IMG/VR virus record: IMGVR_UViG_3300045988_166360
Span: 3,753-67,752 of that record
Reading direction: 5' to 3' (one strand)
Origin: a virus
Length of the DNA: 64,000 nucleotides
Made by a program: the position numbers and the translations under genes. The notes beneath the pieces were generated by a model. That model made no database searches. It saw nothing but the letters and a program-made list of their open reading frames with translations, and was not told the DNA's origin. This document shows positions 28,157-38,386 of this stretch, in pieces (the first letter of the stretch is position 1; the number at the start of each line of letters is the position of its first letter).

Positions 28157-28918
28157 ATGGCTACTGTAAGAAAATCTAATGACCCGGACATGCAGGATGA
28201 AGCTCTTGATTTGATGGAATGTCCTCGACAGGAGTTGGCTTCTATTAACAACTATCAGTCTTTTGAAGGCGAAACGGATGCTTCCGACATCCAGATTCCT
28301 TATCTTAAACTGTGGCAAGCCTCTAGTGAGGAAGCTAAACTGGACAACCCTGTAGGAAGTTTGGGTGCCTTTCTTCTCAACGGTCTCGTTGTCGCCGAGC
28401 GCAATAATCCCCTGGAATGTATTGTGCTGAAAGCTAAAAAGTGTTATCGGGAATTCATTCCTTTCAACGAGCGTCAGCCGGGAGTTTTTGCCAAGACCTG
28501 GAACACCAAGGAGGAATATGAGGCCGAAGGTTTTACCAAGGAACAGGTTAACCGCGCCCTGGCCATGTGGCTTCTGATTAAGAAGCCCGAAGGGATTAAG
28601 GATGCCTCTACTACCCAGGATGACCTTGATGCTCTCTTCACGATTGACTTCATGGGCGACCAGTGGACCCTGGCCCGTTACACGCCGGAAGGCAACCAGT
28701 ATACGGGTGTTGGTGCACCCTTCATCCAGTTCATGATGCTGAAAGGTGCCAAGACTGGTTCCCTTGCCTACCGTGTCCAGATTGGAGCACAGAGGGCGGT
28801 AAGCCGTGACGGCAAGCACAGCTACGCGAAAGCTTACCTTAAGTTCAAACCCCATCCCGTGGAGGGCCAGGTGGAGGCTATTCAGGAGATGGGCCTCTTG
28901 TCCGCTGTGACCCAGTAG
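28157..28918 (+). CDS. Hypothetical replication/recombination-module protein (253 aa)
   Basis: ORF with promoter-like TTGACA 28050 upstream and terminator 28966 downstream; position suggests SSB/annealing-type accessory but no motif recognised. Confidence 0.45.
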   Translation: MATVRKSNDPDMQDEALDLMECPRQELASINNYQSFEGETDASDIQIPYLKLWQASSEEAKLDNPVGSLGAFLLNGLVVAERNNPLECIVLKAKKCYREFIPFNERQPGVFAKTWNTKEEYEAEGFTKEQVNRALAMWLLIKKPEGIKDASTTQDDLDALFTIDFMGDQWTLARYTPEGNQYTGVGAPFIQFMMLKGAKTGSLAYRVQIGAQRAVSRDGKHSYAKAYLKFKPHPVEGQVEAIQEMGLLSAVTQ

Positions 28919-28965
28919 CCGATTTTCCCATCGACTTCGCTATTGTATAATTGTTTTTGCTATTG

Positions 28966-29003
28966 GTTCTTGTACCCCCGCCCCGTTGGGAAACGCGGCG
29001 GGG
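28966..29003 (+). terminator. Intrinsic terminator CCCCCGCC..GGCGGGGG + TTTTCTTTG
   Basis: Perfect 8-bp GC stem and T-rich tail. Confidence 0.55.
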
Positions 29004-29006
29004 GTT

Positions 29007-29035
29007 TTCTTTGCGCTTGACTCAGACATGTTTCT
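29007..29035 (+). promoter_or_regulatory. Sigma70-like promoter TTGACT-N17-TATATT
   Basis: Read directly; 15 nt upstream of RuvC-like gene ATG. Confidence 0.45.
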
Positions 29036-29050
29036 CCGGTATATTCCCGA

Positions 29051-29566
29051 ATGCAACTGGTAGCATGTGACCCCGGTGTCCACGGAGCCCTCGCTCTCGC
29101 GGATACCCGGCAAAAAAAAATATATGTGCAAAATATGCCGGAAGATACTCGTGAACTGGAAGGGCTCCTGAACAAGCTACCCAGTCAAGGCGACCGCAGG
29201 CTTGTGATTGAGAAAATGAGCTATGCCATGAGTGGAGGCGGCAAGGTGAGCAATCCCCGAAGTTCCGGGCTCCTGGGTTATGCTACTGGGCGCGTTGTCG
29301 GATATGCCCTTGCCAGTGGTTACGAATTGACGGAAGTCCCCCCTGTCAAGTGGATGAGGGCTGTTGGAGCTTATGACAGCGGCCTTACCGCAAGGGACAG
29401 GACCCGATGGAAGAATAATCTGAAACAGATAGCTATTGAGAATTTCCCCGGAGTTAAGGTGACGCTACAGAATGCGGATGCCCTGCTCATCCTCCTGTGG
29501 GCTTTCCGTGAATTCAGCGGAGACCACAGTCTTACCATGGGCTCCTGGGAGATAGCCCGAATTTGA
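29051..29566 (+). CDS. RuvC-like Holliday junction resolvase
   Basis: N-terminal VACDPGVHGALAL resembles RuvC/YqgF GIDPG start; C-terminal NADAL acidic catalytic-like motif; 171 aa. Confidence 0.6.
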   Translation: MQLVACDPGVHGALALADTRQKKIYVQNMPEDTRELEGLLNKLPSQGDRRLVIEKMSYAMSGGGKVSNPRSSGLLGYATGRVVGYALASGYELTEVPPVKWMRAVGAYDSGLTARDRTRWKNNLKQIAIENFPGVKVTLQNADALLILLWAFREFSGDHSLTMGSWEIARI

Positions 29567-29569
29567 AAC

Positions 29570-31405
29570 ATGGCCAGACATTTTACACGCTATGGGAGGC
29601 AATGGGAATTTGGAACCTCCGACCTGGATATTGAGCTTTGGTGCTTCAAATATGACTGGCCTGTAGAGAAAGGCGGCCTGGGACGGTACGGTCACGCGCA
29701 TCACGCCATTGACTTGTTGTGGAATTATGAAGGGAGCCCCACACCTATTATCTGGACCCCCTGGCTGGAACAGATGATTGAGACTGCATCCGTGCACGAC
29801 GTATGTATTATGGGCGGCGGTTCTTCCAGCGGCAAGTCCCTGTCCATGGCTATCATGGCGTTGCTTTATTATCTTGCGGACCCCATTGATACTTTATGCC
29901 TTGTCACTTCTACAACTATTGAAGGCGCGAAAAAACGTATCTTCAAGGATATTAAGAGGTTGTGGAGACAGGAATTTCCTGGACGGCTTGTTGATGGCAA
30001 GGGCCAGATTAAAGGCATCAATGAGGAAGGAAAGATTGATGATTCCCGCGGCATTGCCATTATTCCCTGTGCCAACGTAGGAGACCCGAGTTCCCGGTTC
30101 ATTGGTATTAAAGCCAAGAATATGCACGTATTTTATGACGAGCTGTCGGAGCTTCCTATTGAATTGGTGGATGTTTGGAGGACCAACCTCATCACCAACC
30201 GTTCGGACACGCCTCCCACCCTGATGGCCGCGTCCAACCCCAAAAGCCGGACGGATGCTTTTGGGGTAATGGCTATGCCTAAAGATGGGTGGAACTCCGT
30301 GGATATTTTTGAAGAATATTCCTGGGAAACCCGCGACGGAATCTATATCCGGTTTGATAATACCCAGAACCCGCGGATTAAATATCAGCGTGAGGATTGG
30401 AGTTTTTATACTCCTTTGAGTATTATCCAGCAAACTATTGACCAGTATGGCGAGAACAGCCCGTTTGTCATGCGGTTCCATAAAGCCACTTTTTCTGATG
30501 ATACGGAAGAAGGGGCTCTTTTGTCAGAAGCGGAAATTTATGGAAGCGGAGCCGATGCCATGCCTGTCTGGGGAGATGGAGAGCTTGTCACTATTGCAGG
30601 TCTTGACCCGGCCTATACTAACGGAGGCGACCAAACCTGCCTTAAGTTTGCGAAAGTAGGAAAGACGGTTGAAGGTCTTTGGGCTTGCGCGGTGACTCAT
30701 ACCTACCTGCTTAAATCTACTAAAGCCAAGGAAAAGCTGAGGCAACGAAACTTTGATATTGCCCAACAGGTAGGCGAGCTCCTGCGTGCCCATAATGTTC
30801 AAAGTAAATATCTGGCCGTTGACGTGACCGGAGGTACGGGTTTTATTGATATTCTTGCCCAGCATGTGGGCACAGACTTCCAGACGGTAAGCTTTGCTGG
30901 AAAGGCAAGCAGTGTCCCTCTGGGCCTGCTTCAAAACCAGGAGGCATGCCAGCAGTATTCCAACAAGGTTTCTGAGTTGTGGGGTTGTGTCAAGTTGGCC
31001 ATCAACGCCCGTCAGCTGTATGGGCTTGACCCGACAACGATTGTCGAATTGAAGTCCCGGCTTTACACTATGAATGGAACCCGTATATCCATTGAACCCA
31101 AGGTAGCCATGAAGAAAAGAATCCACAAATCCCCGGATAACGCGGATGCGTTGGCTCTTATAGTACACGTCTGCCGGGGAATCATGGGACCTGACTTCGG
31201 TAAAATACGGCTTGACATCCAGAACCAGCAAGTGGTAAAACATGAAGAAGTTATCAAATATCGAACGGACGGCACCGCGTATATCGAAGCCCGGGATATT
31301 GGAAGGTATCTTGGCGGGTTTACTCCCGCGACTTCTGAAGACCGCCCGTTACAAGATGATTTTCGTGAAGAAGTGAATCAGGCAATGAGTATGTTATGGA
31401 CCTAA
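29570..31405 (+). CDS. terL: Terminase large subunit
   Basis: Walker A IMGGGSSSGKS, Walker B VFYDELSE, C-terminal nuclease-like LAGLDPAYTNGGDQTCL...D; 611 aa; followed by portal candidate. Confidence 0.85.
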   Translation: MARHFTRYGRQWEFGTSDLDIELWCFKYDWPVEKGGLGRYGHAHHAIDLLWNYEGSPTPIIWTPWLEQMIETASVHDVCIMGGGSSSGKSLSMAIMALLYYLADPIDTLCLVTSTTIEGAKKRIFKDIKRLWRQEFPGRLVDGKGQIKGINEEGKIDDSRGIAIIPCANVGDPSSRFIGIKAKNMHVFYDELSELPIELVDVWRTNLITNRSDTPPTLMAASNPKSRTDAFGVMAMPKDGWNSVDIFEEYSWETRDGIYIRFDNTQNPRIKYQREDWSFYTPLSIIQQTIDQYGENSPFVMRFHKATFSDDTEEGALLSEAEIYGSGADAMPVWGDGELVTIAGLDPAYTNGGDQTCLKFAKVGKTVEGLWACAVTHTYLLKSTKAKEKLRQRNFDIAQQVGELLRAHNVQSKYLAVDVTGGTGFIDILAQHVGTDFQTVSFAGKASSVPLGLLQNQEACQQYSNKVSELWGCVKLAINARQLYGLDPTTIVELKSRLYTMNGTRISIEPKVAMKKRIHKSPDNADALALIVHVCRGIMGPDFGKIRLDIQNQQVVKHEEVIKYRTDGTAYIEARDIGRYLGGFTPATSEDRPLQDDFREEVNQAMSMLWT

Positions 31406-32070
31406 AGAGCGCGTCACAAAACACTATCGCACCCGTCACTGCGGACTGCAATTGGCAAAACACGTTGTACCGCAAGGTGTTGGACATGTATAAAGCCGGA
31501 GCCCCGATATCTGTTATTTCGGAAATAACAGGATTGCCGGAGGATAAGATTAACAAGCTGGTGGACCAGGTGCAACTTTCCCGGGAAGAATTAACCATCC
31601 GAAACCAGCTTCTCAACAGCTATACTCAAAACACTCAAGCCCGCATCCTGAAACGCCAGGAAGCTCGAACCAATATTGAGCTCAATATTGTAGAGAACAT
31701 GAGTGAGCAGTATAAAGACCTGATGAACAGCGGGTTTAAGAAGGTGGCCAGCTTTATGGCAGACGCGGATATTTCGTCCCTTAAAGAAGTCCCTATGTTC
31801 TTGTCCATCATGGAACGGAGCCACGACCTGTGGGAACGGTTTAACGAAGCTATTGCCAAGCGTGACATGGATATGTTGGCTACGGTAATTAAACAGTTTG
31901 AGCTTGAGCAGACGGAGACGATTACCCAAATGGGGTTGCAGGGAGGCCCTATTGTTCTCAATAAAGACGGAACCCGGCCAGAGCTTAAGGAGGACAGTGC
32001 CAGCCGCACCATTACGCTCAAACTTAAAAAGAAGGGTGTAAAACCGGAAGAGGACCCGAATAATCGTTGA
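31396..32070 (+). CDS. Hypothetical protein (224 aa), overlaps terL stop; possible HTH
   Basis: ATG overlapping terL stop (translational coupling); helical, PISVISEITGLPEDKINKL HTH-like. Confidence 0.45.
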   Translation: MDLKSASQNTIAPVTADCNWQNTLYRKVLDMYKAGAPISVISEITGLPEDKINKLVDQVQLSREELTIRNQLLNSYTQNTQARILKRQEARTNIELNIVENMSEQYKDLMNSGFKKVASFMADADISSLKEVPMFLSIMERSHDLWERFNEAIAKRDMDMLATVIKQFELEQTETITQMGLQGGPIVLNKDGTRPELKEDSASRTITLKLKKKGVKPEEDPNNR

Positions 32071-32094
32071 CATTTTTGATAAGGTTGTTATAGT
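32067..32094 (+). promoter_or_regulatory. Sigma70-like promoter TTGACA-N16-TATAGT
   Basis: Read directly, 8 nt upstream of ATG 32102. Confidence 0.45.
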
Positions 32095-32101
32095 CAGCGG
32101 C

Positions 32102-32932
32102 ATGGCTCGAGACGAAAATTTGCAAGAACTCTTCCGTCGATGGACTCCGGTTACGCTTATCAATCTGCCAGAGGAAATTCAAACTCCTGAAATTTTCCCC
32201 GATTACATGGGCCCTGAGAAGGACCCAGCCCCTGTCGGACATGTTAAGGGCCTTTTGACGGTTTTAGGTTATTCGCATGACCTTAAGAGACCTTACGTAG
32301 TTAAATGTGTTTGCGGAAACATTCTTAAGGCTTCGGTTCAGCAGGTCTCGCTTCAATATAAAATGGCCCAATATCTGTCACAGGACACTCTTTGTTGCGG
32401 CTGTTTCTGCCAGATTACGCGCACGGCTTATTTGATTCGCCTTCGGGTTGAAGCTTTACGTTCCTGGTGCCAGCAGATGGGGTCCTGGCTGGACGACCTC
32501 AACACTCTTCGGAGGTATGCCCGGAAATATAAAGTGGAAATCAGTAAGAATGTTGAACATAGAAAGCCTCTTCGTCAGATAGTGCGGATGGAATATGAGG
32601 ATGACCCTTTGACTTTTGACCGCAGGGTTGAGCCTAAAATGATTGATGACCAGGATATGTTCATGAAACTTATCGCCCCCAGCCCGGAGTATGAAAAATT
32701 TCTGAGGGAAATGGCTGATAAATTAGCGCATGAATATGAACCCTGGGCCGCCATTCCCATGGCAAGCCTTAGTGCGTATGCCAGTTACAAACGGGAATTG
32801 CCGGAATTTGATGCGGCCACCTTCATTAACTTTGTCAATTATCTCATTGACATGGAACAGAATTCAAGTAAAGTTGCTTCATCCGATGGCGAAGAAAACC
32901 AAAAAGACAGAAAATCGAAAAAAGGGAGCTAA
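32102..32932 (+). CDS. Hypothetical protein (276 aa, Cys-containing)
   Basis: ORF; no motif recognised. Confidence 0.45.
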   Translation: MARDENLQELFRRWTPVTLINLPEEIQTPEIFPDYMGPEKDPAPVGHVKGLLTVLGYSHDLKRPYVVKCVCGNILKASVQQVSLQYKMAQYLSQDTLCCGCFCQITRTAYLIRLRVEALRSWCQQMGSWLDDLNTLRRYARKYKVEISKNVEHRKPLRQIVRMEYEDDPLTFDRRVEPKMIDDQDMFMKLIAPSPEYEKFLREMADKLAHEYEPWAAIPMASLSAYASYKRELPEFDAATFINFVNYLIDMEQNSSKVASSDGEENQKDRKSKKGS

Positions 32933-33440
32933 TCGAAAACCCACTTTAGGTTCTTCTGAGAATGTTAAGAACTTCCTTTCGGTGGCAAAAGACCCTGCGG
33001 TCTGGGACAAAGCCTGGGAATACCGTAATTATTTTCGTTCGTGGGTAAGCGCGGGCAAGCGTCCCATTTTAGAACCCAGAGGTTTTGAAGTAAATAACCC
33101 TCGTTATGATGTGGTTGGTACTCAACACCTTATGTGCCCTAAAGTTGTCAATAAGCCAGGAGTTCCGCATAAATATTTCCGCTTGTACATGTTTCAAAAT
33201 TACCCTGGCTTCGTCAACCACATGGGTTCCAGGGAGGACCGCAAGTACCCCTACTTCAATTTTTTGATGTATGAGCCTATTGTTGAGGCTCAGTTTTACT
33301 TCCGCTGGTATGCGTTCAGCGCATTGATGACCCACAGGGCTTTCAGCATCCTGCCTCCGCAGGCAGTCCTGTCCTTAACCCAAGCTTCCGAAATGGACGC
33401 TTTAGTATATCCTGAAAACAAACTACACACTGTACTTTAA
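32886..33440 (+). CDS. Hypothetical basic-N-terminus protein (184 aa)
   Basis: In-frame ATG (MAKKTKKTENRKK...) inside longer track ORF 32730..33440; overlaps previous gene end by 47 nt. Confidence 0.4.
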   Translation: MAKKTKKTENRKKGANRKPTLGSSENVKNFLSVAKDPAVWDKAWEYRNYFRSWVSAGKRPILEPRGFEVNNPRYDVVGTQHLMCPKVVNKPGVPHKYFRLYMFQNYPGFVNHMGSREDRKYPYFNFLMYEPIVEAQFYFRWYAFSALMTHRAFSILPPQAVLSLTQASEMDALVYPENKLHTVL

Positions 33441-33442
33441 CT

Positions 33443-34357
33443 ATGGCTACTATAGTAATCCCGTGTGAGCCTCGCGTGCTGGTCAACGGTACGCGGATTG
33501 CTCAAAACCTGCTTGACAGCGTAGCGGCTTCCAGCCGCCCTGACCATGAAGTCTGGCTTCTGCTTCCGTACCGGGCGAAAGCGGCGGCTGAGCCTATGCT
33601 TGACCTGTTGCGAAATCAGTTCCGGGACCTTCGGACTCTGGAACTTCTCACACCTGTCACTGACCCTTACAAACTGGTGACACATATGTTCGCACGTCTT
33701 CATCAGGCACTCACCTATGAAAATAATCTGAATGAACGTCCCATTATTTGGGTGTCCGAACGCGGCAATGAAACCTTCCTCCCCGGAGCCATTGATGCCC
33801 TGGATGCCGCGTTCTTCCGTAAAAAGTGTGACACGGTTGCGGGTAAGTATTTTACTATCCCCGCTACGGAAACTTCTGCGGAATCTTTTACCCTGGATGG
33901 GACCTTTGTTATGTCCAGCCAACTGGCCAAGATTTATTCCCAGCGGGTTCCTTATGTTTCCGTGTCCTCTCATTTCCGGCTCTTCCTTGATAAAGTGCTG
34001 ACGGAAAAATGCTACAACGTAGCGAACTGGGACGAGCTTATTCAAGTGGGCCCGGTGCCCACTACTGACGGTTTTGTTCTGCCGCAGGAATCAGAGCAAA
34101 GCTATGTGACTTCCCCTGTAGAAGTAAGCATTGCCAAATTCAGTGAAGAAACTGTTAAGATTCTGGGACAGAGCGAACAGACTGGCGGTCCGGTAAAAGC
34201 TCGTGAAGACCTTTCGGAAGCGGAAGGATTGAAACCTTCCACCCGTATCGTTGTTCCGAAAGCGACCAAGCCCAAGTCTAAAAAAGCGGCTAAGGAAGAC
34301 GCAGTTACTTCTGACGCAATTAAGCCGGAAGAAGACCCTGAATCCGAATTCATTTAA
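33443..34357 (+). CDS. Hypothetical protein with Lys/Glu-rich C-terminal tail (304 aa)
   Basis: ORF between terminase and portal candidate. Confidence 0.45.
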   Translation: MATIVIPCEPRVLVNGTRIAQNLLDSVAASSRPDHEVWLLLPYRAKAAAEPMLDLLRNQFRDLRTLELLTPVTDPYKLVTHMFARLHQALTYENNLNERPIIWVSERGNETFLPGAIDALDAAFFRKKCDTVAGKYFTIPATETSAESFTLDGTFVMSSQLAKIYSQRVPYVSVSSHFRLFLDKVLTEKCYNVANWDELIQVGPVPTTDGFVLPQESEQSYVTSPVEVSIAKFSEETVKILGQSEQTGGPVKAREDLSEAEGLKPSTRIVVPKATKPKSKKAAKEDAVTSDAIKPEEDPESEFI

Positions 34358-34362
34358 TCGTT

Positions 34363-36642
34363 ATGCCTAAACCAGATTCCATTGCCCCGGTAGGGCCCGG
34401 AGTTATCGGCGTGGTTGACGAGAATGGCAACCTGCTGAAACGGCGGGTGCCTACCGCCGACCAGGCACGAGCTCTTTTATATTTCTGCCTCACCGCGGAC
34501 CAGTTGTCCATGCAGGCCCGCACGGAAGCTCAGGCTGAACTTGACGGACAACGCCCGTATGACCCGATGGCTTTGTCCGCAGTAGGACAGAACTACCGGA
34601 CCAATTACAATTTCCGCACCATGCGGATTATCCGGGAAAAAGTGGCGGCCAGTTTGAGAGAGGTGTGGGACAGCCCTGAATTCATTTCAGTGCAAACCCG
34701 CTTCGGAGACGACTCCCGCAGACCTATTTATTCGGATATTCTGTCTTCCGAACTCACCCAGATGGTGAAGTCCATGCCGGGGTTCACCTCTATTATTACC
34801 GACCTCCTGCATTATTTTTCTTTCCATGGTTTCGGTCTTGCCTACTTTGAGGACCCCGACTCCTGGTTCTTTAAGGCAGGAAGCTTGAATGAATTTGCTT
34901 TTGAGCGCAAGGTTAAACCGGATAGCAGTACGCTGGAAGTGGTATTCGCCACGCGAACTCTGCGGGCTCATGAACTTTATGAGTATATCCGTGACCCCCA
35001 GACTGCGCGTGAAGCGGGCTGGGATGTGGAGGAAGTAATGAAAGTTCTTCGTACCGCCAGTTATAACCAGACTGTTCAGCCTCAGCGTATCTCCTGGGAA
35101 ACGGAGAAGATGCTCAAGAACGGCGATTATACTTTGACGGATATTATTGGAACCAGCATTCCAATTTCCCACATGTGGGTTCGTGAATTCGACGGCACTG
35201 TCACCCATTCCATTTTCTTTGTCAACGGGAATGGCGGCAATGGCCAGGATGTGAAGAGGGACCAGAACCGGGATGTGGATGACACCAAGTTCCTTTACAC
35301 AAAGTATGGAGCTTATGACTCCATGGAACAGGCGTTTGTTCTTTTCCCCCTGGGCAGTAGCACCAACGGGGACATCCATGCTTTGCGCGGGTATGGGAAC
35401 GACCTTCTTCCCCACACCAGAGTTATCGACAAACTGGTGAACCAGGCGACGGATGCCGCTTTTCTGGGTATGTCTTTGAATGTGATGGCTTCCAATGAGA
35501 CTTCCCGTCTCTCTGCCATGGTCAATCCGATGGGGGCTTACACTATCCTGGACCCCACGGTACAGTTGCAGACCAATGCCACGCCCAATCTGCAACAGGT
35601 TGCTTCCCTCCCCTTGACTTTGTTGCAAAGCCAGATTAGGGAACGTCTGGGTGAAATAGATGTCAACGCGGACGGAGGAATGGGCCGGACCCAACTGGAA
35701 GCGGAAATTCGAATGGGCAACGCAAGCAAGGTCAGCAACAATATCATGGACATGCTTTTGGAGCACTTGTCCACCCTTCTCCGTGAAATCGTTCGCCGCA
35801 TTATCCGCAAGGACTATGACGAGGGGATTGCCGGGGCTAAGGAACGCCAGCGCATGATTGACCGCCTTGAGGAAGCCGGGGTTCCCGTGGAAGCCCTGTT
35901 TGCCATTGACCTGGATAGCGTTACAGCCCTGCCTCCCATTGGCGCGGGCAGTAAGGTAAGACGGACTCTGGCTCTCCGGCAGTGCCTCAACTATATGCAG
36001 TTCATGCCCCGGGCTGGGCAGGAACGTCTGATTCGTATGGCCATTGCCAACGAAACGAACGGACGCACGGCCCGCCTTCTCATGCCATTGAAGGATGACC
36101 CCAACCCCTCTGAAACGATTGCCGCATCCATTGCTTCCGTACAGAACAATCAGCTTATGGCGGGACAGGAAGTTCCGGTTATGCCGAACGAAGACCACCG
36201 GACGCATGCCGAAGTGCATGCCAACTTTATTCTGTCTCTGGTCCCCGATGCCCAGCTTACTCCTGAAGAAATGGCTCAACTTGCTCAGCCTCTGCAACTT
36301 TTGGTAAGCCAACTTGCTGGTCATATGGATTATCTACAGGCCAGTAAGGAAGTCGTTCCCGAATTTGAACAGTATGAAAAACTGGTCAAACGGTGTAACG
36401 AAATCATTACCAATGGCATGCGGGCCCTCGAAGCCATGCAGGCCAGGCAGAATGAAGAGCAGGGCCAGGAAGAAGGGCCTACGCCGGAACAAATGAAAGC
36501 CCAGGCCGACATCGAATTGAAGCGCATGAAGACGGAAGCGGAAATTAAACTGGCTCAAGAAAAACAACAGGCAGAAATAGCGGCCAAGACTGTTGAAGCA
36601 AACGCCAAGGCCGCGGCAAACCTGGGAGGTACCAATGTCTAA
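34363..36642 (+). CDS. Portal protein (candidate)
   Basis: 759-aa protein positioned between terL and scaffold/MCP, coiled-coil Lys/Glu-rich C-terminus; assignment by synteny and size only. Confidence 0.5.
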   Translation: MPKPDSIAPVGPGVIGVVDENGNLLKRRVPTADQARALLYFCLTADQLSMQARTEAQAELDGQRPYDPMALSAVGQNYRTNYNFRTMRIIREKVAASLREVWDSPEFISVQTRFGDDSRRPIYSDILSSELTQMVKSMPGFTSIITDLLHYFSFHGFGLAYFEDPDSWFFKAGSLNEFAFERKVKPDSSTLEVVFATRTLRAHELYEYIRDPQTAREAGWDVEEVMKVLRTASYNQTVQPQRISWETEKMLKNGDYTLTDIIGTSIPISHMWVREFDGTVTHSIFFVNGNGGNGQDVKRDQNRDVDDTKFLYTKYGAYDSMEQAFVLFPLGSSTNGDIHALRGYGNDLLPHTRVIDKLVNQATDAAFLGMSLNVMASNETSRLSAMVNPMGAYTILDPTVQLQTNATPNLQQVASLPLTLLQSQIRERLGEIDVNADGGMGRTQLEAEIRMGNASKVSNNIMDMLLEHLSTLLREIVRRIIRKDYDEGIAGAKERQRMIDRLEEAGVPVEALFAIDLDSVTALPPIGAGSKVRRTLALRQCLNYMQFMPRAGQERLIRMAIANETNGRTARLLMPLKDDPNPSETIAASIASVQNNQLMAGQEVPVMPNEDHRTHAEVHANFILSLVPDAQLTPEEMAQLAQPLQLLVSQLAGHMDYLQASKEVVPEFEQYEKLVKRCNEIITNGMRALEAMQARQNEEQGQEEGPTPEQMKAQADIELKRMKTEAEIKLAQEKQQAEIAAKTVEANAKAAANLGGTNV

Positions 36643-36955
36643 TATCTGGCCCACCTATACTGAGGAAGCGTTCAGGACCAACCCGAAAGCCCAGGGTTCC
36701 CTGTTCGAATTGTTGCAGGACCCTGTGATGCAGGAGGCCCTTCTTATTATCCAGTCTAAATTGAATGCGTCCCTTCCATCCACTGTAGAAGCGGCGGCTC
36801 TTGCCGGAGCCTATGCCGCGGGAGCTCAGGCCGTAATCTCCGGCCTCCATAGACTGGCGCAACCCATGGAATCCACGGAAGCCCCGGTAGCCATGGAACC
36901 CGTGGCTACCGTGGAACGGAACGCCTGGATTAACTCACTTAAACCTATTATCTAA
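36635..36955 (+). CDS. Small hypothetical protein (106 aa), overlaps portal stop
   Basis: ATG 36635 overlapping portal stop (ATGTCTAA); contains degenerate CCACGG/CCGTGG repeats 36866-36925. Confidence 0.4.
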   Translation: MSNIWPTYTEEAFRTNPKAQGSLFELLQDPVMQEALLIIQSKLNASLPSTVEAAALAGAYAAGAQAVISGLHRLAQPMESTEAPVAMEPVATVERNAWINSLKPII

Positions 36956-36963
36956 ACTAATTT

Positions 36964-38172
36964 ATGTCAGACACTCAAAATCCCGCTATTGCGGAGGCCC
37001 CCGTGCCCAGGGCTATCGACTCAGCTGTTCGAGGAATCTTTGACCAGGTATTCAATACGCCTCCGGGTACTTCGGATTCTCCGGTACCCCCGGCCCCGGA
37101 TGGGACGGTCATCCTTTCAGAGCAACCCCGAATTGCCCAGGAAGAAGTCCAACCCACCCCCGCTGTAGAAGAAATTAAAAATCCTAACGGAAATCCTGTT
37201 GAAGAAGTTAAGCCGGAAGAACCGGAAGAGGAAGAAACGGAGGAAGAAGAACAGGAGGAAACGGAAGAAGAGTCAGAAGAACAAAAGGGGAAGGACGAGG
37301 AAGAAACAACTCCCCCGGAAAGGAAAGCAAGCAAAGCCGCCAGCAAGGCTTTTGCCGAGATGCGGGTCCAGCTGAAAGGAGCCAAGAAGGAAATCCAGGA
37401 ACTGAGACAGCAACTCGAAGAAGCTAAGTCCATCACCCCTGACAGCGAAGAACTGGAAGCTCTCCGCGAAATTGTCAAGGGTTATGCCTTTACCGCTACG
37501 GAGGAATATAAGACTCAGGTCACTAATCCGTACAATAAAGCCAATGCCCGGATTGGCGAACTGGCGCAAAGCGAAGGTGTCACTGTCGATATGGACCGGA
37601 TGAATGAGGTTGCTCTTAATTCGGAACTGGATGCCTTCGATAAAGAAGAAGCCTATGAAACTATCGGAACGGATGCCGGACTGAGCGGGGCTTCCCTTTC
37701 CCGTTTTGTCCGCATGGCCAAAATCCGGGATGCCGCTATTGAAGCGCACGGCAAGTTCCAGGCAGATGCTGACAAGTATGTGGAGGAACTGAAAGCCAGC
37801 AGGGGTAAAACCGCAGAAGGTGGCAAGTATGAAGTCAATCTTGACAATTATACGTTGGAAGCCATGCGGGCGAGAGCCAAAGAGCTGGGGATTAACTCCG
37901 AAATTACAGAGGACAATCTCAAGCATGCACGCCATTTAGCCCACAAAATCAACAACAGTTCTTTTATGGACGGAGCCCTTGCGGAAATCATGCAGAAGGA
38001 ACTGCTGGAAGCTCGCGGACAGATTGAAGCCCTGGAAGCCAAGGTGAAAAAGCTTCGCAATGCCCGCCCCACTGCTGGGAAAGGAAGCCCTGAACCTCCT
38101 GAAAATCCCAAACCTACGGGGCCAGTAAGTGTGAATGATGTTATTCACAGTGCTTTTGACTTGCTTCATTAA
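36964..38172 (+). CDS. Scaffolding protein (candidate)
   Basis: Highly acidic (EEPEEEETEEEEQEETEEESEE) low-complexity N-half and coiled-coil C-half, directly upstream of MCP candidate. Confidence 0.5.
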   Translation: MSDTQNPAIAEAPVPRAIDSAVRGIFDQVFNTPPGTSDSPVPPAPDGTVILSEQPRIAQEEVQPTPAVEEIKNPNGNPVEEVKPEEPEEEETEEEEQEETEEESEEQKGKDEEETTPPERKASKAASKAFAEMRVQLKGAKKEIQELRQQLEEAKSITPDSEELEALREIVKGYAFTATEEYKTQVTNPYNKANARIGELAQSEGVTVDMDRMNEVALNSELDAFDKEEAYETIGTDAGLSGASLSRFVRMAKIRDAAIEAHGKFQADADKYVEELKASRGKTAEGGKYEVNLDNYTLEAMRARAKELGINSEITEDNLKHARHLAHKINNSSFMDGALAEIMQKELLEARGQIEALEAKVKKLRNARPTAGKGSPEPPENPKPTGPVSVNDVIHSAFDLLH

Positions 38173-38181
38173 GCCTGGAAT

Positions 38182-38210
38182 AAATATTTCTTGACATCTA
38201 CCTGGAAATA
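38182..38210 (+). promoter_or_regulatory. Promoter-like TTGACA with weak -10 (TACAAA) upstream of capsid gene
   Basis: Read directly in 215-nt intergenic region; followed by direct repeat ggtgcatc x2. Confidence 0.3.
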
Positions 38211-38386
38211 ATACAAAAAAGGTGCATCCAAAGCGGTGCATCTTTTTTGCTTTACCCGCGAGCAAACAAATATTTTCATTTCGCAGGCGTATCAATCCTG
38301 GTCCTGTCCCTGCCGTGACCGCCAAAGAACCCATCCAATTTATCCAAACAAAGGAGCCGTTGCCGTAATCAACTAAAAAAAAACAA

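Noticed and set aside
28157-28918. Calling 28157..28918 an SSB or single-strand annealing protein
   Set aside because: Position in the recombination module is suggestive, but no OB-fold, Rad52, RecT or Erf sequence motif could be recognised by eye. Left as hypothetical.
34687-36324. 545-aa antisense ORF inside the portal gene, and similar long antisense ORFs (20234..20938, 24590..25399, 28094..28855, 29894..30481, 30524..31243, 37273..37935, 38369..39550, 58860..59504, 60438..60953, 62908..63644)
   Set aside because: They are shadow ORFs expected on the complement of GC-rich coding DNA. The sense-strand genes have recognisable motifs, ATG starts, operon context and terminators. The antisense translations are Arg/Gly/Leu-rich and low-complexity.
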